Source: Pseudohongiella sp. (GTDB taxonomy: Bacteria > Pseudomonadota > Gammaproteobacteria > Pseudomonadales > Pseudohongiellaceae). From it: 64,000 bases of DNA. Numbering within the stretch: the first letter of the stretch is position 1; each line of letters begins with the position of its first letter. A program made the translations under genes and the position numbers. A model generated the notes under the pieces. It worked only from the letters and a program-made list of their open reading frames with translations. It did not search any database and was not told the origin of the DNA. This document shows, piece by piece, positions 7,875 through 16,724 of this stretch. The stretch lies in NCBI GenBank assembly GCA_036834885.1, contig DAITNA010000003.1, positions 160,774 to 224,773 on the forward strand, written 5' to 3'.

Positions 7875-8904
7875 ACTGCTCAGCCGCCTTGCGGGCTTCT
7901 TCTTCCGCCAGACGTGCTCCGGCCAGTGTGCCGGCCAGTGCGTAGTTGCCTTCGTGGCAGGCATACTCGTAGATCGGTTCGTCAAATGCGGTCAGCGCGA
8001 GTTCGCCAGTGAAACTGGACTCAAACACGGTGGGATCTTCTACGGTGAAGCTGTAAATGATCTTGTGTTCGCTTTCACGGTGGAATCTTTCGATCACGGT
8101 CATGTTTTCGGAGGCACCACGGAAATTTTGCCATGGGTTGAAGTTTTTGGTTTCAACCACCAGCGTATCGCCTTCCCAGCGACCAATGGAGTCACCCATC
8201 CACTTGTCCATGACCTCGGAGTGCGGGGAGCGTTCATCGGTGATCGGGATAATGCGTGCATCGTGCACCATCTCGGCCAGAATCACCACGTAGCCGGGTG
8301 ACTGGAAAATTTCGTAGTGGCTGTTGTACATCACCGGCAGCATGGGCGGGCCGGAATGTGAACCGAAGGACAACAGGCAACGCTCGCCGACCCCACGACC
8401 TTCCGGGCCATCAAAGGGGTCCGGGCCATTGGCACGTGCTTCTGCGCGAGCCGCCAGAAATTCCGGCTTGTAAGGCGGGAAGCGGCCATTGGGCGGGTCA
8501 ATGATGATGGACGTGCGGAATTCACCGTTGACAGTCGGCATGAACATGCCGCGGTCAGTCCAGAACAGGTCATAGTTGCCAACCGGGGGCAGATCCTCTG
8601 CAGGCGGTGGCGGGCGATTCGGGTCCATCGGCAGGTTGTCTTCCTCCACTTCCTGCTGGGCTGCACGTTCAAGTTCCAGTGCTTCCTCACGGGTGTAGGC
8701 GCGCTTGTCACCCAGTGCAGTGGGGCGCTCAAGCGGGGTCACTGTGGCGTTGCGCCAGACACCTTGCAGGTCTGGTGAGCCATCCCAGGTACGCGGTACG
8801 GTGTAGTCCTCTTGTGCCAGCACATTGCCTGACAGCCAGTCTGTCGCAACAACGGCCGCTCCCAGCAGGGCAATGCTGCTGGCAAGTGCAAGTCTATTTG
8901 TCAT
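7873..8904 (-). CDS. Secreted protein of unknown function (343 aa), not a recognisable flagellar component
   Basis: N-terminal signal peptide MTNRLALASSIALLGAAVVATDWLSGNVLAQE. The mature part is globular (..DGSPDLQGVWRN.., ..GERCLL.., ..WEGDTLVVETKNFN.., ..YEYACHEGNYAL..). I do not recognise any catalytic motif. Confidence 0.75.
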   Translation of the reverse strand: MTNRLALASSIALLGAAVVATDWLSGNVLAQEDYTVPRTWDGSPDLQGVWRNATVTPLERPTALGDKRAYTREEALELERAAQQEVEEDNLPMDPNRPPPPAEDLPPVGNYDLFWTDRGMFMPTVNGEFRTSIIIDPPNGRFPPYKPEFLAARAEARANGPDPFDGPEGRGVGERCLLSFGSHSGPPMLPVMYNSHYEIFQSPGYVVILAEMVHDARIIPITDERSPHSEVMDKWMGDSIGRWEGDTLVVETKNFNPWQNFRGASENMTVIERFHRESEHKIIYSFTVEDPTVFESSFTGELALTAFDEPIYEYACHEGNYALAGTLAGARLAEEEARKAAEQ

Positions 8905-9102
8905 AGCTTCTTCTCCTTATTGGTCTGAGCGGGATTCTAGCCAAGGCTGCCCACACTCACAATGCTTTAAGCCGGTTTCAGTTGTTCCTGCGGCAAAGCG
9001 TTGCCGCTCATGGGAGCATCGTTGCCGCTTTTCGCCCGTCAAGAACCGCAGCATCAGGCCGATATGCAAGGTAGACACAAACAGCGGCGTGCGCCAACTG
9101 GT

Positions 9103-9118
9103 TGGCCCGCTTCTTGCT
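9103..9118 (+). promoter_or_regulatory. Sigma-54 promoter candidate for fliD-fliS
   Basis: TGGCCC-GCTTC-TTGCT against the consensus TGGCAC-N5-TTGCW, with exact GG/GC spacing (G9104 to G9116). It lies about 100 nt upstream of the fliD ATG, and fleQ is encoded in the same locus. Confidence 0.55.
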
Positions 9119-9131
9119 CCCGCTTCTTGCT
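9106..9131 (+). repeat. Perfect 13-bp tandem duplication covering the -12 element
   Basis: CCCGCTTCTTGCT occurs at 9106-9118 and again at 9119-9131. Confidence 0.9.
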
Positions 9132-9219
9132 GAAGTGCTGAACTGAATGCCAATGATGGCTGCCGACAGCTGAGCAGCACAATTCCGCTGCAAGTTGGCG
9201 GCAGGACAGGAGACAACTG

Positions 9220-12024
9220 ATGGCAACCATTTCCTCGCTGGGCATTGGCTCAGGCATCCTGACCAGCGAACTGCTGGAGCAGCTGATCGACGCCGAACGC
9301 AAACCGGCGGAGGCGCGGCTGGATGCACAAAAAGCGCTGGTGGATGCCAAAATCTCAGCCTTTGGCGAGATCAGCAGCGCTGTCAGCGCGCTCAACACGT
9401 CCATGAAGGCGCTGAACAATCCGGCTGCATTTAACGCCAGCACGGCAACATCCAGCAATCAGAATGCATTGACGGCTACTGCCAGCAGTATCGCCAGCAG
9501 CGGCAACTACAGCATTGGTGTCCAGCAACTGGCGCAGCAGCACACGATTGCCACCCAGACTTATGCCTCAGTCAATGAAGCCGTTGGCACCGGGGTGCTC
9601 ACCTTCCGTTTTGGGACCACGGACATTGATGAATTTGACGTTTATCAGGGTTTTACAGTCAACCCGGATAAAGCATCGCGCAATATTGTGATCTCGTCGA
9701 GCAACAACACACTGGCCGGCATCCGGGATGCCATCAATACAGCCAATTTTGGTGTCCAGGCAACCATTGTTGATGACGGTAGTGGTTTCAGGCTGCTGTT
9801 GACCAGCAAGGACGGTGGTGCGGCCAACAGTATCGAGCTGACGGCCACCGGCACTGCCGGTATGGCCGCGTTCAATTTTAATGCCGGGTCCCAGACCGCC
9901 CAGCAAACGCAGGCAGCACAAGACGCGCTGTTTTCAGTCAATGGCCTGAGCATCAGCCGCAACAGCAATCTGGTTGCCGGTGTGATCCCGGGCGTGACCC
10001 TGACCCTGAAGGAGACCACCAGCGGGCCGGTCAGTCTCGGTGTTGCCAAGGATCCGGCGCCGTTGCTGGAGAAGGTTCAGGGTTTTATCAACAGTTACAA
10101 CCAGCTCAAGGTGTTGGGTGACAGCCTGACCAAGCTCAGAAGTACCGGTGACGGCAAGGGGCAAGGTAATCTGCTGACCGGTGATGCCACCATTCGGCGT
10201 GTCATGGCGGATGTGAACAGCACCTTGCGCTCGCTGAACGGCACGTTGGATATCCGCTCGCTGGCCGAGGTGGGCATCACCACCAACCAGTTCAACAACT
10301 ACCAGATGGAGCTGGATGCCGAGGCTTTTCGTGAAGCCTTTGAAAACAACCCGCAGGCGGTCACCGCGCTGTTTGCGACCAGTGGCACAAGCACAGACAA
10401 CGAGATCCAGTTTATCCGCGCCGGCTCGCAGACCATCGCCGGCCAGTACGCAGTGAACATTACCCGGATGGCAACCACCGGCACTTACCAGGGGGTTGCC
10501 GTTGACGGGCTGGGTGCTGGCAATATTGTCATCGACAGCACAAACAAAGCCTTCACCCTGCGCCTGAACAGCGTCGAGGCGGCCATTACGCTCACCGAAG
10601 GTACATATGCCACCGCGCAAGAGCTGGCAGACGAGATTCAGCGCCAGGTCAACAGCAACACAGAAGTGCTGGATGCCGAAGATACCATCACGGTCACGTT
10701 TGATGCGGACAACAACCGCTTTGACATGAGCTCAAACCGTTATGGTGCCGAGTCGGTGGTCAGTATTGTCAGCATCAGCGCCGCCGCGTCGGCAACACTG
10801 GGTCTGGTGCTGGAGGGTCAGGGTCCGTTCCGTGGCAACCAGTTGGCCGCGCTCGGCAACAGTACCGGCGTCAGCTCTGATCCGTTTGATTCTCCGCTGG
10901 TGGCAGACAGCGATACCAGTTTTGCACTCAGTATCAATGGCGTCAGTACCGGGTTGCTGAACTTGCCGCAGGCCACATACAACACGCCGGATGAACTCAC
11001 ATCAGCACTCAAGGTATTGATTGATGACGCGTTTGCTGACGACAACATCGAGGTCTTTGTTGACTACGTGTACAACGAGGACAACGGTTTCGGGCGGCTG
11101 GTATTTTCCACAGCCAATGCGGGTGACGAGTTCCAGTTCACGTTTGTGAATCAGGGCGCCTCCCAGCGTCTTGGCCTGCATCTGGGCAGCGGCGCTGCAC
11201 CGGTTTCAGTGCGTGGAGTGGATGTTGCCGGCACCATCAACGGTGTTGAAGCCGTTGGACGTGGCCAGATTCTGACGGCCTCGTCCGGTGAACTGGCCGC
11301 AACACCCGGTTTCTATCTCAATGGCCCTTACGGCAATCTGGCGGCCAGCACTTCCAGTGATCGATTCCGGGTGGTGGTTGACGGTGTTGTCTCCGGCAAC
11401 ATTACGCTGGGCACCTTGTCCAACACCGATCCGGTAGCTGTGGCGACTGCCATGCAGCAGGCGATCAACAATGATGCCACCCTGATGGCAGCGGGTGTGT
11501 CAGTACAGGTGCAGTACGACAGCAATTCCGGTGGTTTTGGCATTATTTCCAATTCAACGGGCACCTCGTCCAGTGTAACTATCAGCAGTTTGCAGGGTAA
11601 TGCCGCCAGCATCTTCGGTTTCACCACGGGTGCCGGTGTGCTTGGCGCCAGCGGCCGCGCGGCCACAGGATCGTCCGATCCGTCAGCCGGCATCATCTTG
11701 CAGGTAAACGGTGGCAGTACCGGCAGTCGTGGCACCATCAACTACAACCGCGGTGTGGCCGATCAGCTGTCGCGCCTGCTGGATACTTTCCTGTCAACCG
11801 AGGGATTGCTGGGAGCCCGGCAAGCCTCACTGAACGGTGAGCTCGACGCGATTGCCGATGACCGTGTGGCGTTGAGCGAACGCCTGGCCCGAACCGAACG
11901 CCGTCTGCAGAACTCGTTTCTGGCCAATGACCTGATCATTTCCCGTTTTAACACCACGGCCGACTACCTCAGATCCCAGCTGGGTATGCTGGAATCTCTG
12001 GCCAGTCAGCAGAAAGAAAAATAG
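9220..12024 (+). CDS. fliD: Giant flagellar filament cap protein FliD (934 aa)
   Basis: The N-terminus MATISSLGIGSGILTSELLEQLIDAERKPAEARLD and the C-terminus GTINYNRGVADQLSRLLDTF...LQNSFLANDLIISRFNTTADYLRSQLGMLESL are canonical FliD. AGGAG RBS is present. An extra insert of about 440 aa (roughly 10390-11700) makes it about twice the usual length. Confidence 0.93.
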   Translation: MATISSLGIGSGILTSELLEQLIDAERKPAEARLDAQKALVDAKISAFGEISSAVSALNTSMKALNNPAAFNASTATSSNQNALTATASSIASSGNYSIGVQQLAQQHTIATQTYASVNEAVGTGVLTFRFGTTDIDEFDVYQGFTVNPDKASRNIVISSSNNTLAGIRDAINTANFGVQATIVDDGSGFRLLLTSKDGGAANSIELTATGTAGMAAFNFNAGSQTAQQTQAAQDALFSVNGLSISRNSNLVAGVIPGVTLTLKETTSGPVSLGVAKDPAPLLEKVQGFINSYNQLKVLGDSLTKLRSTGDGKGQGNLLTGDATIRRVMADVNSTLRSLNGTLDIRSLAEVGITTNQFNNYQMELDAEAFREAFENNPQAVTALFATSGTSTDNEIQFIRAGSQTIAGQYAVNITRMATTGTYQGVAVDGLGAGNIVIDSTNKAFTLRLNSVEAAITLTEGTYATAQELADEIQRQVNSNTEVLDAEDTITVTFDADNNRFDMSSNRYGAESVVSIVSISAAASATLGLVLEGQGPFRGNQLAALGNSTGVSSDPFDSPLVADSDTSFALSINGVSTGLLNLPQATYNTPDELTSALKVLIDDAFADDNIEVFVDYVYNEDNGFGRLVFSTANAGDEFQFTFVNQGASQRLGLHLGSGAAPVSVRGVDVAGTINGVEAVGRGQILTASSGELAATPGFYLNGPYGNLAASTSSDRFRVVVDGVVSGNITLGTLSNTDPVAVATAMQQAINNDATLMAAGVSVQVQYDSNSGGFGIISNSTGTSSSVTISSLQGNAASIFGFTTGAGVLGASGRAATGSSDPSAGIILQVNGGSTGSRGTINYNRGVADQLSRLLDTFLSTEGLLGARQASLNGELDAIADDRVALSERLARTERRLQNSFLANDLIISRFNTTADYLRSQLGMLESLASQQKEK
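10552..11637 (+). repeat. Three 91-aa IN-type modules inside FliD (10552-10824, 10921-11193, 11365-11637)
   Basis: The modules read FTLRLNSVEA..ELADEIQRQVN..ITVTFD..RFDMSS..SIVSIS..ATLGLVLEGQG; FALSINGVST..ELTSALKVLID..IEVFVD..RLVFST..FQFTFVN..QRLGLHLGSG; and FRVVVDGVVS..VATAMQQAINN..VSVQVQ..FGIISN..SVTISS..SIFGFTTGAG. The element order is the same as in the flagellin modules. Confidence 0.75.
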
Positions 12025-12061
12025 TTCCCGTCCAAACCGACCTTGAATCCGGAGACCAAGC

Positions 12062-12460
12062 ATGTATTCGATGAACAGTGCTGCGGCACAATACAAACGT
12101 ATCAACACCGAAAGTGCAATTGAGCACGCATCGCCGCATCAGTTGATCCAGATGCTCATGAACGGCGCACTTGAGCGCATGATTCAGGCAAAAGCCGCCA
12201 TGGAGCGCCATGAAACCGCGTTAAAGGGTGATTTGCTGGGCAAGGCCATTTCGATTATTGCCGGTTTGCAAAGCAGTCTTGACCCCAAACATTCCCCGGA
12301 TCTGGTCGACAAGCTGGATGCGTTATACGATTATATGCAGCGAAAACTGTTTGAAGCGAATATCAAAAACGATCCGGCTCTGATAGATGAAGTCTGTGAT
12401 CTGATGCGCACTGTCAAATCCTCGTGGGATGAGATTGCCTCTGTAGCCGAGGCCCGATAG
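12062..12460 (+). CDS. fliS: Flagellin-specific chaperone FliS (132 aa)
   Basis: AAAQYKRINTESAIEHASPHQLIQMLMNGALERM...KAISIIAGLQSSLD...LDALYDYMQRKLFEANI is the typical FliS four-helix pattern. The gene follows fliD. Confidence 0.9.
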   Translation: MYSMNSAAAQYKRINTESAIEHASPHQLIQMLMNGALERMIQAKAAMERHETALKGDLLGKAISIIAGLQSSLDPKHSPDLVDKLDALYDYMQRKLFEANIKNDPALIDEVCDLMRTVKSSWDEIASVAEAR

Positions 12461-12612
12461 GGCATCCCGGCCGACAATCAGCCAGTGCATGGTCCGCCAG
12501 CAGTTTTCCCAGACGACCATTTATCAGCGCTAATTGCGGTAGAGCATTAGTGCCAAAGGGTACACGGGGCGGGCTGTATTGCAGTTTCCCGTTCAACGTG
12601 CCGGAATCATGC

Positions 12613-14085
12613 ATGGCTGACATATTATTGATTGAAGACAGCAGGAAGCTCAGTCACGATTTGAGTATCGTGCTTGAGTTTCTGGGCGAACGGCCACTGG
12701 CAGTGGCCCGCGTCCATTGGCGCGAGGAAGCAGAGCAACTTGGTATTGCAGCCGACTCACTGAAGATGGTTCTGGTGGGGCTCTACAAGGAATCGCAGCT
12801 GGGTGTATTGCTGCAGGATGTTGCATCGTGGCATCCGGGTTTGCCAATTGTGCTGCTGGCGGGGCAACAAACACCGGAGTTGCCGGAAACGGTCAGTTCC
12901 CGCATTGTGGCCACTGTGCCGCTGCCGCTGAGTTACCAGCCCATGCTGGATGCCTTGCACAAAGCCCAGGTATATGGCGAGCACTATGCCCGGTTGCGTG
13001 ACATCGGCAGTGTCCGCGACTACAACATGTTTCGCAGTCTGGTCGGCAACAGCCCGGCTGTACAACGTATCCGCCAGCTGATGTCGCAGGTTGCCGATAC
13101 CGAGGTGACGGTACTGATTACCGGTGAATCCGGCACAGGCAAGGAAGTGGTTGCCCGTAACCTGCATGCCAACTCCCGGCGTGCCGGCAAACCCTTTGTA
13201 CCTATCAACTGTGGTGCAATTCCCCCCGATCTTCTGGAAAGTGAGCTGTTTGGCCACGAAAAAGGCGCCTTTACCGGCGCCATTTCCACACGCATTGGCC
13301 GTTTCGAACTGGCGCAGGGCGGCACCTTGTTCCTGGATGAAATCGGTGACATGCCGCTGCCCATGCAGGTCAAATTGCTGCGCGTGTTGCAGGAACAGTG
13401 TTTTGAACGGGTGGGTGGCACCAAGACCATGTCTACCGATGTGCGTATCCTGGCCGCTACCCACCGTAATCTCGAAGACATGATTGCGGTAGGGACGTTC
13501 CGCCAGGATTTGTACTACCGTCTGAATGTATTCCCCATCGAGATGCCATCCTTGCGTGAGCGCGCAGCCGATCTGCCGTTCCTGCTGAACGAGCTGATCA
13601 GCCGTCTTGAGCACAGCAAGCGTGGTTCGGTGCGGTTCAATTCAGCGGCGATCAAGGCGCTGAGCCTGTACAACTGGCCTGGCAATGTGAGGGAACTGGC
13701 CAATCTCGTTGAACGCATGGCTATCATGCATCCTCATGGCGTGGTCGGTGTGCATGATTTGCCAAGACAGTTCCAGCTTGACGACGCTGAACTGCCACCA
13801 CTGCTTGCTGAACCGGGAGAGTCCGTTGTGGCAACGGGCAAAATGGCGGGCACAGGCGAGCGTGAAGGCGGTGCCGAGAGCGGTGCTCAGCGTGGGTTGG
13901 ACAGTCCGCCGTTGTTGCCACTGAACGGAATGGACCTGAAGGAATATCTGGCCAATCTGGAGCGCAGCCTGATTGAGCAGGCGTTGGAAGATTCCGGCGG
14001 AGTCGTGGCGCGGGCGGCAGACCGGCTCAATATACGGCGCACCACCCTGGTTGAAAAAATGCGCAAATACGACATGATGCGCTGA
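12613..14085 (+). CDS. fleQ: Sigma-54-dependent flagellar master regulator FleQ/FlrA (490 aa)
   Basis: Walker A GESGTGKE, the GAFTGA loop and a C-terminal HTH are present. The FleQ-type receiver-like N domain begins MADILLIEDSRKLSHDLSIVLEFLGE. The MFRSLVG and KEVVARNLH motifs match the c-di-GMP-contacting motifs of P. aeruginosa FleQ (from memory). The ATG at 12613 gives the FleQ-like length; the ORF is open from 12550. Confidence 0.88.
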   Translation: MADILLIEDSRKLSHDLSIVLEFLGERPLAVARVHWREEAEQLGIAADSLKMVLVGLYKESQLGVLLQDVASWHPGLPIVLLAGQQTPELPETVSSRIVATVPLPLSYQPMLDALHKAQVYGEHYARLRDIGSVRDYNMFRSLVGNSPAVQRIRQLMSQVADTEVTVLITGESGTGKEVVARNLHANSRRAGKPFVPINCGAIPPDLLESELFGHEKGAFTGAISTRIGRFELAQGGTLFLDEIGDMPLPMQVKLLRVLQEQCFERVGGTKTMSTDVRILAATHRNLEDMIAVGTFRQDLYYRLNVFPIEMPSLRERAADLPFLLNELISRLEHSKRGSVRFNSAAIKALSLYNWPGNVRELANLVERMAIMHPHGVVGVHDLPRQFQLDDAELPPLLAEPGESVVATGKMAGTGEREGGAESGAQRGLDSPPLLPLNGMDLKEYLANLERSLIEQALEDSGGVVARAADRLNIRRTTLVEKMRKYDMMR

Positions 14086-14086
14086 C

Positions 14087-14857
14087 TTATTGCCAGCTGA
14101 TCTGCTGCAGCGTCAACTCCATATTCGAACCGTTTTCCACCTGGGCCAGACGGGCCAGCGTAAACTGGTTGTCGGGCGCCAGCCACAGAGTGGTTGAGCG
14201 ATCGCTGTCTGCCTCGCGGATGCGCTCCAGTTTGAGGGTATTGAGCTCCCCGGCGCCAGTACTGATGCGTTCCTCACCCAGCACCCGGTATTGATGGGTC
14301 TCCAGCCGTCTTGCATCCACAATCTGGTAACTCAGCACGGTGTCCGGTGTGCGCAGCGCAGGGTCAGCCAGCAGGTCTGCACTCATCTGCGCTGAAAAAC
14401 TCAGGTCATCCAGGATGCGGCCTGCCAGCGGCAGGCTCTGTTCGCGGTCTTCCCGCGTCATCAATGCAATATTTTGCTCGTAGTCAAAGTTCACCCGCTC
14501 GTCGCGGCGCCGCACACCGGTTTGCTGGTAGTGGTAACTCAATGGCACCGCGCCACCGTCGTCCCAGCGGAACCGGGATGACTCTTCCACCGTGATCAGA
14601 TTGGCACCCAATACCGAAGCCGACAGACCATGACGCAAACTGTATTCGCCATCAGGCAGGTGTTCCAGACGGCGATAGGCGGTGCTGCGCATGCCCATGG
14701 CACGCGCTTCGTACAGAGCTTCATAGGCAGCGGGTGCGGGGCGGGCAGAGCCATCGGCTTCAGTGTCGTTTTGTGCGTTGAGCGAGCCAGCGCCGAACAG
14801 CGTCAGCGCTGCCATCAGTGTCAGGGAAATGCGTTTGTTTGCAACTCGGCTCATCAC
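14087..14857 (-). CDS. DUF3108-family secreted protein (256 aa)
   Basis: Has a signal peptide. Its position downstream of purM-purN matches Pseudomonas-type genomes. The family call is from memory of this conserved neighbour. Confidence 0.6.
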   Translation of the reverse strand: MMSRVANKRISLTLMAALTLFGAGSLNAQNDTEADGSARPAPAAYEALYEARAMGMRSTAYRRLEHLPDGEYSLRHGLSASVLGANLITVEESSRFRWDDGGAVPLSYHYQQTGVRRRDERVNFDYEQNIALMTREDREQSLPLAGRILDDLSFSAQMSADLLADPALRTPDTVLSYQIVDARRLETHQYRVLGEERISTGAGELNTLKLERIREADSDRSTTLWLAPDNQFTLARLAQVENGSNMELTLQQISWQ

Positions 14858-14885
14858 GGATTCTCCTGTGTTTTGCTCTATCAGA

Positions 14886-15536
14886 TCAGCCAGCCTTTAC
14901 CTGAATGCCGCACGCAGGCAGGGGAGTGTTGTCCAGACAGGCCGTGCCGTCTTGCACTCTGAGCCGGCCCAATGCAAACCAGCTGACTGCCTCAGGGTAT
15001 ATTCTGTGTTCCTGAGTCGCAACCCGCGCCGCCAGCACCTCGGCCGTGTCTCCCGGCAGAATTGGCACCACAGCCTGCAAGACTACCGGGCCACCATCCA
15101 GCTCTTCAGTCACAAAATGCACGCTCGCGCCATGCTGGTGGTCGCCCGCATCCAGCGCGCGCTGGTGGGTTTGTGTGCCCTTGTACAAGGGCAACAGCGA
15201 CGGATGTATGTTGAGCAGTCTGCCAGCATAGTGCTGAACAAATGCTGAACTGAGGATGCGCATGAATCCGGCCAGCACAACCAGATCCGCCTGATATTGA
15301 TCGATCAGCTGCATCAGTGCCTGATCAAATGCCTCGCGTGAGGCAAAGGATTTATGGTCAAGAACCGCGGTGTTGATGCCGGCGTTTTGCGCGCGCTGCA
15401 GTCCAAAAGCGTCGGCGCGGTTGCTGATCACCGCGCAGATCTCGTAAGGGCGTTGCGGGTAGTCAATCAGTGCCTGCAGATTGCTGCCGTTGCCGGAAAT
15501 CAGTACCACGACCCGACAGGTAATGCCCTGACTCAT
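14886..15536 (-). CDS. purN: Phosphoribosylglycinamide formyltransferase PurN (216 aa)
   Basis: [25 protein letters not shown]...[42 protein letters not shown]. The start overlaps the purM stop (ATGA at 15533-15536). Confidence 0.92.
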   Translation of the reverse strand: MSQGITCRVVVLISGNGSNLQALIDYPQRPYEICAVISNRADAFGLQRAQNAGINTAVLDHKSFASREAFDQALMQLIDQYQADLVVLAGFMRILSSAFVQHYAGRLLNIHPSLLPLYKGTQTHQRALDAGDHQHGASVHFVTEELDGGPVVLQAVVPILPGDTAEVLAARVATQEHRIYPEAVSWFALGRLRVQDGTACLDNTPLPACGIQVKAG

Positions 15537-16627
15537 GCCAGCTTGCCCGTGACAATCACCTTGGGCGTCTGTTCGCTGGAAGGCTCGATGCGGCCAATAA
15601 TGGCGGCGCCGCGTGTCATCGGCTTGAGGATCTCGAGCGCACGGCCCGCCTGGTCGGCAGCGACACAGACGATCATGCCGATGCCGCAATTGAAGGTGCG
15701 CAGCATTTCCTTGGGCGCAATGCCGCCCTTCATCTGCAGCCAGTCAAAAATCGCCGGGCGGTTCCAGCTGTTGGAATCAATCACAGCCTGGGTAAAGTCG
15801 GGCATCACACGCGGCAGGTTTTCCACGATGCCGCCACCGGTGATATGTGCCATCCCGTGTACAGGGACTTCGGCCATCAGGGCATGCATGGCCTTGACAT
15901 AAATTTCGGTGGGCACCAGCAGGGTTTCACCCAGCGTGCTGTCGCCAAACGGATCGTCCAGTCGGGCGCCGCTGACTTCAATCACTTTGCGAACCAGTGA
16001 GTAGCCGTTGGAGTGCGGGCCGGAAGAGGCCAGTCCGATCAGCACATCACCGGCCTTGACCAGATCGTTTTCAATGATCTCGTCCTTCTCGACCACACCG
16101 ACCGCGAAACCGGCCAGATCGTAATCGCCTTTCTGGTACATGCCGGGCATTTCTGCGGTTTCGCCGCCAATCAGCGAGCAGCCGGCCTGGCGACAGCCTT
16201 CACCGATACCGCCGACCACTTCCGTGGCAACATCCACATTCAATCCGCCGGTGGCGTAGTAGTCGAGGAAAAACAGGGGTTCGGCACCGCAGACAATCAG
16301 ATCGTTGACACACATGGCCACCAGATCAATGCCGATGGTGTCGTGTTTGCCCATATCAATGGCCAGCTTGAGCTTGGTGCCGACACCGTCGGTCGCAGAG
16401 ACCAATACCGGCTTTTTGTAACCTTCAGGCAATTCGCACAGCGCGCCAAAACCGCCGAGCCCCGACAGCACTTCCTTGCGGCGCGTCGACTGCGTCACCG
16501 ATTTGATCTTTTCCACCAGCGCGTCGCCGGCATCAATATCAACACCGGCGTCTTTGTAACTGAGCCCGGTGGTCTGCGTCTGAGCGTTGCTTGGCGTGTT
16601 GTCTGAAGCGTTCGAGTGACTGGTCAT
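15533..16627 (-). CDS. purM: Phosphoribosylformylglycinamidine cyclo-ligase PurM (364 aa)
   Basis: [21 protein letters not shown]...[10 protein letters not shown]...[16 protein letters not shown]...[10 protein letters not shown] are classic AIR synthetase motifs. The ATG at 16627 was chosen within the longer ORF. Confidence 0.92.
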   Translation of the reverse strand: MTSHSNASDNTPSNAQTQTTGLSYKDAGVDIDAGDALVEKIKSVTQSTRRKEVLSGLGGFGALCELPEGYKKPVLVSATDGVGTKLKLAIDMGKHDTIGIDLVAMCVNDLIVCGAEPLFFLDYYATGGLNVDVATEVVGGIGEGCRQAGCSLIGGETAEMPGMYQKGDYDLAGFAVGVVEKDEIIENDLVKAGDVLIGLASSGPHSNGYSLVRKVIEVSGARLDDPFGDSTLGETLLVPTEIYVKAMHALMAEVPVHGMAHITGGGIVENLPRVMPDFTQAVIDSNSWNRPAIFDWLQMKGGIAPKEMLRTFNCGIGMIVCVAADQAGRALEILKPMTRGAAIIGRIEPSSEQTPKVIVTGKLA

Positions 16628-16724
16628 GGCGAAGGTCAGGTCCCTGGGAAACAAGGCCGGCATTTTAACAGCTGTGGGCGCCTTCGTCAGTCGATTCTGT
16701 CAAACATTCGGGACATCAGTTATC

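Noticed and set aside
8990-9029. The hairpin GCGGCAA-AGCG-TTGCCGC (8990-9007) and a second GTTGCCGCT copy (9021-9029) followed by TTTT, considered as an attenuator or a minus-strand sigma-54 site.
   Set aside because: Read on the minus strand, the GG/GC spacing is 1 nt short of the strict sigma-54 requirement. On the + strand there is no upstream gene to terminate. The signal is too weak to call.
12550-12612. An upstream extension of fleQ (the 511-aa ORF, starting at 12550 with the non-ATG codon GTG that the track renders as M).
   Set aside because: The ATG at 12613 gives MADILLIEDS..., matching the FleQ receiver-like N-terminus and the 490-aa length of P. aeruginosa FleQ. The extension has no homology-like features.
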